From: Xylanibacter ruminicola 23
GTDB lineage: Bacteria; Bacteroidota; Bacteroidia; Bacteroidales; Bacteroidaceae
NCBI RefSeq assembly: GCF_000025925.1
Contig: NC_014033.1
Coordinates: 570,001-602,000, forward strand
Length of the DNA: 32,000 nt
Direction: 5' to 3'
Shown here: positions 1 to 8,807 of the stretch, piece by piece
How positions within the stretch are numbered: the first letter of the stretch is position 1
How the letters are laid out: each line of letters opens with the position of its first letter
The notes under the pieces: model-generated
What the model was told of the DNA's origin: nothing
Databases searched by the model: none
What the model saw: only the letters and a program-made list of their open reading frames with translations
Made by a program: the position numbers and the translations under genes

Positions 1-1307
1 GCACATCGCAGGGCTTGCAGGTGTATCGCCGCGAAAGCGACCTGTTGCCACAGGTTTACACCACCAAGGATGGCTTGTACAACAATATTGTACACTCGGT
101 AGTAGAAGACCGCGACCACCACATCTGGGTGGCTACCAGCTACGGTATATCGGTAGTGCTGTTTGACGAGGATGGCAAGGTACACTTTATCAACAGCTAC
201 AACGAGTACGACCATGTGCCTAACGAGGTGTTTGTGAATGGTAAGGCCATGCTGCTGCCCGACGGGCAGATAGCCATGCAGTCGCTCGACCATGTGGTGC
301 TGTTTGATCCTACCAAGATGTCGACACTCGACAACAGTTATCCGTTTAAGATTTATCCTAAGCTGATAAAGCTGATGGTTAACGGTATAGATGTGAACCC
401 TACTACCGAGATTGACGGAAAACGCATACTGGATCGTGCCCTGAGTCGTGTCTGGGGCCTGGATCTGAATTACAATCAGAACTCGTTGACGCTGGTGTTC
501 TCGGCTTTGAACTACTTCCGTCCGCAACAGACGTTCTATCGCGTGCGTGTGCTGGGGCTCGACGAGGAGTGGCGCATACTGTCGCCATTCAGTTCGGATA
601 TGGTTGACAAGGATGGCCTGCTGCACCTGCCGCTGATAGCGCTGCGCCCAGGACACTACACCATACAGGTACAAGCTTCGTTAGCACCCGATGTATGGGA
701 TACCAAACCTTACGAGTGGACCATCGACGTGAACGAGCCTTGGTGGCGTTCGGTAGGTATGTTCGGACTGTTGGCCTTTGTGCTGGTAGTGATGGCGGGT
801 ATTAACCTGTTCTACTATATGAAGAATGCCAACCTGCGTGCTATGCGTAACAGCGAGGAGATTGGCCTGATTAACCGTATCTACGCTTTTGTGGACCGTT
901 GTAACACCAGCGCCGAGGTACTGGAGCCAGTGGTTGAGGAATACACTTCGGCACAGCCCGACCCGCAGGTAGAACTGGATGAAGACTTCCTGAAGATATA
1001 TAAGAAGATTGCCCATGTGGTAGAGTTTGAGCGCAAGAAGAAAAAGATGACCATGCGCCGACTGAGCAATGCCGCCGGCATGGATGCCAAGACGTTCTAT
1101 CAGGTGATTACCACCAATATATTCAAGAGTCCGCGACCACTGATTAAGCAGGCCCGACTGCAGCAGGCCGAGCGCATGCTGCGTAACACCAAGGAGCCGC
1201 TTGAGGTGATAGCTGATAAGTGCGGATTTATTTCGGTAAACTTCCTGATATCGCAGTTCTTCCAGGTTCACCACGTTACTCCCGACCAGTATCGCAGAAA
1301 GCGCTAA
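1..1307 (+). CDS. Membrane-tethered AraC-family regulator, C-terminal part (periplasmic Y_Y_Y-type sensor region, one TM helix, cytoplasmic AraC HTH). The 5' end lies outside the window.
   Basis: The frame is open from nt 3 (no stop before the TTG at 15). A Y_Y_Y-like segment (LNYFRPQQTFYRVRVLGLDEEW...LRPGHYTIQVQA) is followed by a hydrophobic helix (MFGLLAFVLVVMAGINLFYYM). The AraC-type HTH tail is MTMRRLSNAAGMDAKTFYQ...IADKCGFISVNFLISQFFQVHHVTPDQYRR. No HisKA/HATPase/REC segment sits between the TM helix and the HTH. Confidence 0.7.
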   Translation, partial: TSQGLQVYRRESDLLPQVYTTKDGLYNNIVHSVVEDRDHHIWVATSYGISVVLFDEDGKVHFINSYNEYDHVPNEVFVNGKAMLLPDGQIAMQSLDHVVLFDPTKMSTLDNSYPFKIYPKLIKLMVNGIDVNPTTEIDGKRILDRALSRVWGLDLNYNQNSLTLVFSALNYFRPQQTFYRVRVLGLDEEWRILSPFSSDMVDKDGLLHLPLIALRPGHYTIQVQASLAPDVWDTKPYEWTIDVNEPWWRSVGMFGLLAFVLVVMAGINLFYYMKNANLRAMRNSEEIGLINRIYAFVDRCNTSAEVLEPVVEEYTSAQPDPQVELDEDFLKIYKKIAHVVEFERKKKKMTMRRLSNAAGMDAKTFYQVITTNIFKSPRPLIKQARLQQAERMLRNTKEPLEVIADKCGFISVNFLISQFFQVHHVTPDQYRRKR

Positions 1308-2493
1308 GGCGCCAAGTGCGGTCGGTAGTGCCCTTGTAATAAACTAAAGCTTGATATTGATTTTCGGTTTGGTAATAGTTGCCCTCGCTGGCTAACTGTT
1401 GCCCATCGGCTGTGGTGTACTGGTAGTTGTAATAGCCTTGCTTCTGTAGGATGCTGGCTGTGTACAGCTCGTTTACGGGGTCGTAATACAGCATGTAGTC
1501 GTCGGCACCTGTAGCAGTAGTCCAGCGGCCGCTGATGTAGATAGGTCCCTGGCGTGGTACACGCAGGCGGTAGTTTACCCACACATACTGGCCAGTGGTG
1601 CTTACCTCGTGGTAGTCGCTGTTGCGGATACAGAAGGCGCCGTTGGCATCCTCGTCGTACAGGTAGTTGGGGCGGGGGGCATCTACAAAGGTGTAGGCCT
1701 GATAGTTCTCGCCATCCCAGGTAATGTGGTCGATACCCATGGTGGGATGACTCACATCCAGCACCTCGAACTTACGATACTCGTTGCCCGCATCGAAGAT
1801 GAGCTCGCGGTTGTGGCTCCACTCCAGACCGTTGCGGGTGGTGATGTTGGGCTTTATGCCCTGGCGCATATTGCGCTGCTGGTGGTTCTGCATCACTACG
1901 GCGTAAATCTGCGTATCGGGGTTGGTAACGGGCAGGCTGCCATAGTCGAGCGCCATCGTTACCTGCTGGTGACTCACACGGGTGTCGATATCGGTGTTAG
2001 GGGTGCTGCTCAGGCTCAGGCGCATACTCTGCTCGGTAACCATAAACTCGGTTACCAATACCTCGCGGTTGTCGTCGTCCTCGTCCAGAATATACAGGCG
2101 GTAGTTGCCACTCATCAGCAGCTGGCAGCGGTCGTTGGGCAGCTGCAGCTGGTAGTGGGTGTAGGGTACGATGGTGTTTATGGAGTGTGCGTAATCCTCG
2201 ATGGGGTTGCCGTTGAAGCCTGAAAGCCAGTCGCTCTCGAACAGCTCTTCGCTTGGTGTCCAGTCGGCCTCGCAATGCTCCAGGCGATACACGTAGCGAT
2301 GGTAGTTGTGCGAGAGTTCGTCGAACTCTACCGTCAGTACATCGTCGCTATGCAGGCGCATCACGGGGGCATTCAGCCAGTTCTGGTTCACCATCGTAAC
2401 CAGCGTCTTGATGTTGGGCTGGTTAATGCGGTTCTCGGCTTGTGCGGCTAATGGCAGCAGCCACAGCAGGGCTAACAGGCAGCGGGCAATCAT
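1276..2493 (-). CDS. DUF5103 / type IX secretion plug-domain family protein, secreted
   Basis: 405-aa ORF with an N-terminal signal peptide (MIARCLLALLWLLPLAAQA). Motifs recalled for DUF5103 are present (VEFDELSHNYHRYVYRLEHCEADW, SGNYRLYIL). Its ATG overlaps the fbp stop (ATGA at 2490-2493). Confidence 0.55.
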   Translation of the reverse strand: MIARCLLALLWLLPLAAQAENRINQPNIKTLVTMVNQNWLNAPVMRLHSDDVLTVEFDELSHNYHRYVYRLEHCEADWTPSEELFESDWLSGFNGNPIEDYAHSINTIVPYTHYQLQLPNDRCQLLMSGNYRLYILDEDDDNREVLVTEFMVTEQSMRLSLSSTPNTDIDTRVSHQQVTMALDYGSLPVTNPDTQIYAVVMQNHQQRNMRQGIKPNITTRNGLEWSHNRELIFDAGNEYRKFEVLDVSHPTMGIDHITWDGENYQAYTFVDAPRPNYLYDEDANGAFCIRNSDYHEVSTTGQYVWVNYRLRVPRQGPIYISGRWTTATGADDYMLYYDPVNELYTASILQKQGYYNYQYTTADGQQLASEGNYYQTENQYQALVYYKGTTDRTWRLSAFCDTGRE

Positions 2494-4463
2494 CGGCGGC
2501 GCTCAGTAATTATACCGTGACGATAGGCGTAAAGCAGCTCCTTCAGGTCGGCAATCTGCGCGCGCAGCTCTTCGCCCTTATCGGTATCGGCCACCAGCAT
2601 GCGATGGGCCGACATCTCGATAATCTGTGTGGTAGATTTAATATCTATTTCGCGTGCTATAGCATCGCGGGCCGAGGTGAACGGCTCGTGCTGAACCAGT
2701 TGGAAACCGCGCGAGTGATATACCAGGGTGTAGCCGGCAATACCAGTCTCCTTGTGATAGGCCTCGGAGAAACCACCATCAATCACCATGAGCTTGCCGC
2801 CTGCCTTGATAGGATTCTCGCCGCTACCGGCATGTACGGGCACGTGACCGTTGATAATATGGCGGTTGGTGCCTTTTACGCCGAAGGCATCCAGTATGCG
2901 GTCGCAAACCTCCTCGCTGTCACGCAGCTTAAAGTAATTGCCTTTCTCCTCCTTATAGGTGTCTTTATCTACCAGGAAATAGCGCTCGAAGGTGGCCATC
3001 TTCGACTTACAGAACAGGGGCGACTCCTTACCGCACCACAGGTACAGGAAGTAATCGCGGGCGTAATCCTTATCATCCGAATCGTTCTGGAAGGCCTCGC
3101 GGATCATCATGCCGATATTGTGCATCAGCTCCTTGCCCGAGTATTTCCTGCCTGGATAGATCTCTATCTCCTTGAGCGAACCATCGTCGTTGAGCGGGAT
3201 GGCGGCGTGGAACAGCAGGTTGCTGTTGCTGATGGTGTACATGCAGCCGTGCGACAGCAGTGTGTTGATATGCTTGTGCAGCTTTTCGCTGATGCGGAAC
3301 GAGTGGTGCAGCTTCTGCATCAGGTCGGCCTCCTCGGCGGTGAGCTTGTTAGGATGCAGGGGATCAACGGTGGGGAAGTTACAGCTCTTCATCTCGTAAT
3401 CCTTACCATCGATGTTGCAGGTGCCCTTTTCGTAGTTTACCATACTGAGCATACAACGGTCGGTCATCTGCCACTCGGGGCGGCGGGTAAATATCTCGGC
3501 CTCGGTCTTAAACTGCAGCACGGCGATGGCCTTGTGCATCTTGGCGGTGAGCTGCTTGGTCTTCTCGTCCATCGTGTTGCCTGGCAGCAGCTTGGGCTGG
3601 AACTCCAGACAGGGGTCGTTGCCATACACGTCGAGTGCAAAGGTGGCCAGGGGTACCAGGTTAATACCGTACTCCTCGATGGTAGTCAGGTTGGCATAAC
3701 GCAGGCACAGGCGCAGCACGTTGCAGATACAGGCATCGTTACCAGCCGAAGCACCCATCCACAGCACATCGTGATTGCCCCACTGGATGTCCCACGAGTG
3801 GTATTGGCGCAGGGTGTCCATGATGATGTGGGCACCAGGACCACGATCGTAGATGTCGCCAAGAATATGCAGCTGGTCGATGGCCAGGCGCTGGATCACA
3901 TTACAGATGGCGCAGATAAAATCATCAGCACGACCTGTAGAGATGATGGTGTTTACAATCACGCTCACGTAGGCGGCCTTATCGTTGTCGCTCAGACTCT
4001 CGTGTAGTAGCTCCTCGATGATGTAGGCAAAATCCTGTGGCAGCGATTTGCGCACCTTCGAGCGGGTGTACTTGCTGCTCACGTCGCGGCACACTTTTAC
4101 CAGTTGGTGGATGGTAATGCGGTACCAGTCCTCTATATCTTTTTCCTGAGCCTTAATCAGCTCCAGTTTCTCTTCGGGGTAGTATATCAGGGTGCACAAC
4201 TCTTTCTTCTCGCTCTCACGGATATCGTTGCCAAACAGCTCGTTTACCTTACGCTTGATGTTACCCGAGGCATTCTTCAGGATATGGCGGAAAGCCTCGC
4301 TCTCGCCGTGAATATCGGCCAGAAAGTGCTCGGTGCCCTTAGGCAGCGCCATGATAGCCTCGAGGTTGATAATCTCGGTTGAGGCGTCGGCAACCGTGGG
4401 GAACGATTGTGCTAACAGTTGCAAGTAGTGCAGATCAGTTTCATTGCCGGTAAGATGTTTCAT
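2490..4463 (-). CDS. fbp: Fructose-1,6-bisphosphatase class 3
   Basis: 657 aa, the length typical of class 3 FBPase. It has the metallophosphoesterase signature (LADIHGESEAF, LHILGDIYDRGP, GNHD, INGHVP). Confidence 0.9.
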   Translation of the reverse strand: MKHLTGNETDLHYLQLLAQSFPTVADASTEIINLEAIMALPKGTEHFLADIHGESEAFRHILKNASGNIKRKVNELFGNDIRESEKKELCTLIYYPEEKLELIKAQEKDIEDWYRITIHQLVKVCRDVSSKYTRSKVRKSLPQDFAYIIEELLHESLSDNDKAAYVSVIVNTIISTGRADDFICAICNVIQRLAIDQLHILGDIYDRGPGAHIIMDTLRQYHSWDIQWGNHDVLWMGASAGNDACICNVLRLCLRYANLTTIEEYGINLVPLATFALDVYGNDPCLEFQPKLLPGNTMDEKTKQLTAKMHKAIAVLQFKTEAEIFTRRPEWQMTDRCMLSMVNYEKGTCNIDGKDYEMKSCNFPTVDPLHPNKLTAEEADLMQKLHHSFRISEKLHKHINTLLSHGCMYTISNSNLLFHAAIPLNDDGSLKEIEIYPGRKYSGKELMHNIGMMIREAFQNDSDDKDYARDYFLYLWCGKESPLFCKSKMATFERYFLVDKDTYKEEKGNYFKLRDSEEVCDRILDAFGVKGTNRHIINGHVPVHAGSGENPIKAGGKLMVIDGGFSEAYHKETGIAGYTLVYHSRGFQLVQHEPFTSARDAIAREIDIKSTTQIIEMSAHRMLVADTDKGEELRAQIADLKELLYAYRHGIITERRR

Positions 4464-5539
4464 ATCTTAAGATGGTTTTTCAGATTGTTACGTAATACGT
4501 CGGTCTGTTTATCGTCGAGCGGGTCGATGGGCATGTAACCCTCGTCTAATAATACCTGCTCGCTCAGAACCTGAATCAATCGGGCTGCACGCTTGGTAAG
4601 ATTGGCGTCTTCGAGTGCTTCGGCCAGCTGGTCGTCGTTCACGTTGTCGCGATACAGCTCGCGTGTCAGCTCCATCATGTTCAACAGAGTAGGGGCTTTG
4701 AGCACCTGACGGATGATGCGCATCAGGTAATCGGTCTCGTCGCCCTGATAATCGCCTATCAGCTCCTTGATGGGCTGGGGGCGATGGAATTTCTTGGGGA
4801 AATAGGCCGCAATCCTCGCTACGTCGAGTAGTGGCGATGTGTAGTCGAGTATGCGGATACCGTAGTCGGTATAGTTGCTGATGTTCTCATGCTCGGCATA
4901 TATCAGCAGTCGTCGCCAGTCAATCAGGCGGGCATCCACCTCCTTGGCCTCTTGCTCCACCCAGCGCTTATCGCCCATGATACCTGCCTTGATAATCACC
5001 TTGAGGGCACGACGGGTGAGGTCGTCCATCAGTTCGAGGGTGTTCGAGTCGAGTATCTTCTGATAGATGGCAAATGTTTGGGCAGCCATCTCGGCAGGAC
5101 TGATGGTGTTGGTGGTAACGGCATTGTGAACCTCTTCTACACGTGGGTTCCACCCCAGCTCCATAAAGCTCTGTCGCTCCATTTTGCCCAGGGTAATCAC
5201 TGCATAGGCCCCCTCGATAAACTCGCGCTGTACCAGCGTCATAGCGGCACGCTGCTGGGCGGGCAGCATCTGCAAGGCAAAGGGCTGCAGCTGTCCGTGA
5301 GGTGTTACTACGGTACGGATATTAAGCTTACGGGCGCAACGCATGGCCTTGGTGTGCAGCATCTGGTTGGCGCCATGAATGTGGATGATATCGGCCTGGG
5401 CGTCGCGAGCCTGCTGGTAGAAGGATTTGCTGTTATCGGCCACTACCACGGTGGCACTCTGTCGTAATCCCTCTACCAACAGCTGTACATGACGTTGTAT
5501 CAGCTCGTTATTCTTTGGGTAGATATGTAATATATTCAT
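4460..5539 (-). CDS. Hypothetical protein with a glycosyltransferase-4-like N-terminal half and an uncharacterised helical C-terminal half
   Basis: I prefer the start at MNILHIYPK (ATG 5539) over the track start 5596. The N-terminus resembles a GT4 N-domain (ILHIYP...ADIIHIHG...VVTPHG). Its stop overlaps the fbp ATG (ATGA, 4460-4463), and it overlaps the upstream GT2 gene by 32 nt. Confidence 0.5.
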   Translation of the reverse strand: MNILHIYPKNNELIQRHVQLLVEGLRQSATVVVADNSKSFYQQARDAQADIIHIHGANQMLHTKAMRCARKLNIRTVVTPHGQLQPFALQMLPAQQRAAMTLVQREFIEGAYAVITLGKMERQSFMELGWNPRVEEVHNAVTTNTISPAEMAAQTFAIYQKILDSNTLELMDDLTRRALKVIIKAGIMGDKRWVEQEAKEVDARLIDWRRLLIYAEHENISNYTDYGIRILDYTSPLLDVARIAAYFPKKFHRPQPIKELIGDYQGDETDYLMRIIRQVLKAPTLLNMMELTRELYRDNVNDDQLAEALEDANLTKRAARLIQVLSEQVLLDEGYMPIDPLDDKQTDVLRNNLKNHLKI

Positions 5540-6176
5540 ATCTGCAGAACTGGTTTTTCCAGAAAATGCGCCAACGCAAAGCCTGACGCTGAACAAACGA
5601 TGGCTTGAGTTCGAAGTACTTCAGCACATCGAAGGCCACCGATTTCTTGATAACGATGAAATCGTAACGCCCCCAGCGGTAGTGGTGGCGCTTGCGGGTT
5701 CTCACCTTCTTCAGTCGGCGCTCTATGCGTGTAATATGGTCACTGGCATCATCTACATCGACGAATGCCTGCAGTTTAATGCCTTTCTTGGTAAGATAGC
5801 CTAACGTCAGGTCGGCGGTGTCATCAAAGGTATCGTTGATGGCCTGCAGAATATCTGCGTTTACGGGCGCATGACTGGCGTTGGCAAAGATTAGCCAATC
5901 GTTTTTCGCTGCCTTGATACCAATGTTATAGGCCTGCTTTTTGCTCATGGCATGCCCTTCTGACTTGGGTAGGAAGGTGGTATAGAGGTTGGGGTAATCT
6001 TTTTTAAGAAGCTTGAGTATATCAGGCGTCTCGTCGGTAGAAGACTCATCTACCACCACAACCTCGTAGCCAGGCTGGTACTGCTGCGTGAGGAAGGCCG
6101 TTAGGTTTTCCTGCAGCTCGTACGCCTGGTCGTACACGGTCATGATAACAGAGAATCTCCGTTCGTCTTTATTCAT
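5508..6176 (-). CDS. Glycosyltransferase family 2 protein
   Basis: It has the typical GT2 N-terminus: FSVIMTVYDQAYELQENLTAFLTQQY...EVVVVDESSTDETPDIL. Confidence 0.8.
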   Translation of the reverse strand: MNKDERRFSVIMTVYDQAYELQENLTAFLTQQYQPGYEVVVVDESSTDETPDILKLLKKDYPNLYTTFLPKSEGHAMSKKQAYNIGIKAAKNDWLIFANASHAPVNADILQAINDTFDDTADLTLGYLTKKGIKLQAFVDVDDASDHITRIERRLKKVRTRKRHHYRWGRYDFIVIKKSVAFDVLKYFELKPSFVQRQALRWRIFWKNQFCRYEYITYLPKE

Positions 6177-6205
6177 TTTATAATTTTTACATTTTTACAT
6201 TTTGC

Positions 6206-7366
6206 TTACAGCTCATCGCTCATGTAGCCCTTTGGCAGGCGGCGACAGTTGTACTGCGACGCCATAATCTCGCCATAGGCACCAGCCGATCGGATGGCCA
6301 GCAAATCGCCACGCTTAGCCTTGTTCAGGTCGATCTGCTTAGCAAACACGTCGGTGCTCTCGCAGATAGGACCTACCACATCATAAGCCTCGGGTGCTTC
6401 GTCGCTGGTGATATTCTCAATCTTATGGTAAGCCTGGTAGAGTGCCGGGCGGATGAGATCGGTGAAGCCTGCATCGACAATGGCAAACTTTTTAACTGCA
6501 CCTTCCTTAATATATAAGGTACGTGTGATAAGGCTACCGCACTGAGCCACAACGGCACGTCCCAGCTCAAAGTGCAGGGTTTGTCCGGGTTGCAGTTTCA
6601 GCTTCTTGGCATAGGTGTCGAAGTAAGCCTTGAAATCGGGAATGGGCACACGGTTGGGGTGCGCATAGTCGATACCCAGTCCACCACCCACGTTGATATG
6701 CTCAACACGGATGCGATGACTGATAAGCTCCTGCTGCAGCTCGTTTACGCGATTGCAGAGTGCCTCGAAATCGCCCATATCCAATATCTGCGAACCAATA
6801 TGGAAGTGCAAGCCTACAAATTTTACGTTCTCCATCTTCTCGGCCTCGCGAATCACCTTTACCATATCGCCCATAGCGATGCCGAACTTGTTCTCGGCCA
6901 GTCCGGTGGTGATGTTAGCGTGGGTGTGGGCACCCACATTGGGATTCAAACGGAAAGCCACGCGAGCCACCTTGCCCTTCTGGGCTGCCAGCTCGTTGAT
7001 AACCTCGAGCTCGGGGATGCTCTCTACGTTAAAACAGAAGATGTCGTTGTCCAGTCCAAGTTTGATTTCCCAATCGCTCTTACCTACACCAGCATAAACG
7101 ATTTTCTCCTTGGGGAAGCCTGCCTTGATTGATGCTTCAACCTCGCCGCCGCTTACGCAATCGGCACCCAGTCCGGCTTCGCGTATGATGCGCAGAATGC
7201 GTGGGTTGGCATTTGCCTTCACGGCATAGTGCACCACAAAGCCTTCGTGCTTGCTGGCTTCGCTGTTAATCGTTTGTAATGTCTGGCGCAGCAGAACTGT
7301 GTCGTAGTAGTAGAAAGGTGTCTCAATCTCGTTGAACCTCTCTACTGGGAATATTCCTTTAGCCAT
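6206..7366 (-). CDS. lysA: Diaminopimelate decarboxylase
   Basis: 386 aa, fold-III PLP decarboxylase. Motifs include YAVKANANPRIL, HFHIGSQ, GGGLGIDY and CESTD. It sits next to lysC. Confidence 0.9.
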   Translation of the reverse strand: MAKGIFPVERFNEIETPFYYYDTVLLRQTLQTINSEASKHEGFVVHYAVKANANPRILRIIREAGLGADCVSGGEVEASIKAGFPKEKIVYAGVGKSDWEIKLGLDNDIFCFNVESIPELEVINELAAQKGKVARVAFRLNPNVGAHTHANITTGLAENKFGIAMGDMVKVIREAEKMENVKFVGLHFHIGSQILDMGDFEALCNRVNELQQELISHRIRVEHINVGGGLGIDYAHPNRVPIPDFKAYFDTYAKKLKLQPGQTLHFELGRAVVAQCGSLITRTLYIKEGAVKKFAIVDAGFTDLIRPALYQAYHKIENITSDEAPEAYDVVGPICESTDVFAKQIDLNKAKRGDLLAIRSAGAYGEIMASQYNCRRLPKGYMSDEL

Positions 7367-7415
7367 TGTCTTGTTTGTCTCTTTCTAATTTTTACATTTT
7401 TAAATTCTTACATCT

Positions 7416-8735
7416 TTATTTTTTAAAGATGGTGTCGCTCAGCTTCTGCAGGGCGCGCTTCTTATCCTCCTCGCGGATGAGGAACGAGATGTTGTAGTTA
7501 GAACCACCGTAGCTTACCATGCGAACGGGGATATCCTTCAGCGCGTCGAGGGCGATAGTCTCGAAGCCTACATTGCTCCAATCCAGGTCGCCAACCACAC
7601 AGATAATACACATGTTGGTATCAACGGTAACGGTGCCGTACTTCTTCAACTCGTCCACAATCTCGCCCAGGTGAGCGCTGTTGTCGATACTCATCGATAC
7701 ACCAACCTCTGAGGTACAAACCATATCGATAGGAGTCTGGTAGCTCTCGAAGATCTCGAATACCTTACGCAGGAAACCGGTAGCCAGCAGCATGCGTGAT
7801 GACTTGATCTTGATAGCGGTGATGTTGTCCTTAGCAGCGATAGCCTTGATCTTGCCATACTCGGTCTTGTTGCTGATGGTAGTACCCTCGGCCTCAGGAT
7901 CCATGGTGTTGAGCAGGCGAACGGGGATACCAGCATACTTGGCAGGCTGCACGCAGGTTGGGTGCAGAATCTTAGCACCAAAGTAAGCCAGCTCGGCTGC
8001 CTCCTCAAAGTGCAGCTGGTGAACAGGCTCTGTGCCGTCAACCACACGTGGGTCGTTATTGTGCATGCCGTCGATATCGGTCCATATCTGAATCTCATCA
8101 GCACCGATAGCAGCACCAATCAGCGAGGCTGTGTAGTCGCTACCACCACGCTGCAGGTTGTCGATCTCGCCATAAGCGTTGCGGCAGATAAAGCCCTGAG
8201 TAAGGAATACCTGAACACCCTCGTGCTCCTGCATCAGCGCAGCCAGCTTCTCCTTGATATATACAGGATCGGGCTCGGCATTCTTATCGGTACGCATAAA
8301 GTCGAGTGCGTTCAGCAATACGGCCTTGATACCAATCTCGTTCATGTAGTTAACCACCATGTTGGTCGACATCATCTCGCCCTGAGCCACGATGCTCTTC
8401 TCCTCGAAAGAAGTAAAGAGCTCCTTGGTGAACGAGCGCAGGTAGTCGAACTCGCTCTTCAGGAACTCGCGGGTTGCGGCCTTGGTCTCGTCCTTGCTGT
8501 AAAGCTCGTCAACATGCTTGTCGTACTTCTGCTCCAAGCGGTTAATCACCTCGTTAGCACCATCGGGGTTCTTCTTGTAGAGATAGTCGGAAATCTCGAC
8601 AAGACTGTTGGTGGTGCCCGACATAGCTGAGAGCACTACGAAAACTGGTTCGTTAAACTTGGTAACAAGTGCTGTTACCTCCTTCATTCTCTCTGGTGAG
8701 CCGACGGATGTTCCGCCGAATTTCATTACTTTCAT
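7416..8735 (-). CDS. lysC: Aspartate kinase
   Basis: The N-terminus is MKVMKFGGTSVGSPERM. The kinase core (GGSDYTA, DIDGMHNNDPRVV) is followed by a C-terminal ACT-like region. 439 aa. Confidence 0.9.
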   Translation of the reverse strand: MKVMKFGGTSVGSPERMKEVTALVTKFNEPVFVVLSAMSGTTNSLVEISDYLYKKNPDGANEVINRLEQKYDKHVDELYSKDETKAATREFLKSEFDYLRSFTKELFTSFEEKSIVAQGEMMSTNMVVNYMNEIGIKAVLLNALDFMRTDKNAEPDPVYIKEKLAALMQEHEGVQVFLTQGFICRNAYGEIDNLQRGGSDYTASLIGAAIGADEIQIWTDIDGMHNNDPRVVDGTEPVHQLHFEEAAELAYFGAKILHPTCVQPAKYAGIPVRLLNTMDPEAEGTTISNKTEYGKIKAIAAKDNITAIKIKSSRMLLATGFLRKVFEIFESYQTPIDMVCTSEVGVSMSIDNSAHLGEIVDELKKYGTVTVDTNMCIICVVGDLDWSNVGFETIALDALKDIPVRMVSYGGSNYNISFLIREEDKKRALQKLSDTIFKK

Positions 8736-8765
8736 AAGCCTTATATTTTTAATTTTCTAATGCTC

Positions 8766-8807
8766 AATCTTTAATGTTTAATCTTTAATGTTTAATGTTT
8801 AATGTCT
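8766..8807. repeat. Six tandem heptamers AAT(C/G)TTT in the ftsE-lysC spacer
   Basis: Read directly: aatcttt aatgttt aatcttt aatgttt aatgttt aatgtct. The last unit touches the ftsE stop codon (8807-8809). Confidence 0.9.

Noticed and set aside
2442-4007. Long antisense ORFs opposite real genes. Examples: 2442-4007 (+) opposite fbp, 8795-9652 (+) opposite ftsE, 22206-23060 (-) opposite the WYL gene, 26193-26795 (-) opposite HlyD, 29520-30107 (-) opposite the cupin, plus many 60-230-aa ORFs in the track.
   Set aside because: They lie entirely within well-supported genes on the other strand. Their compositions are repetitive and low-complexity (Val/Leu/Gly/His-rich), typical of shadow frames in G/C-third-position genes, and they show no recognisable family motifs.
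5540-5596. Longer track starts for several genes: 5596, 13237, 17200, 19722, 19713, 20500, 22311, 27242, 29360, 30080.
   Set aside because: The upstream extensions overlap promoter boxes or neighbouring genes. They also encode atypical leader sequences, whereas the internal ATGs give canonical N-termini (signal peptides or conserved family starts).
8736-8806. Expected lysine riboswitch (L-box) upstream of lysC or lysA, and a his leader/attenuator upstream of hisH.
   Set aside because: The spacers are only 71 nt (ftsE-lysC), 49 nt (lysC-lysA) and 24 nt (purU-hisH). That is far too short for an approximately 180-nt L-box or a leader-peptide attenuator, and no conserved L-box core was seen.
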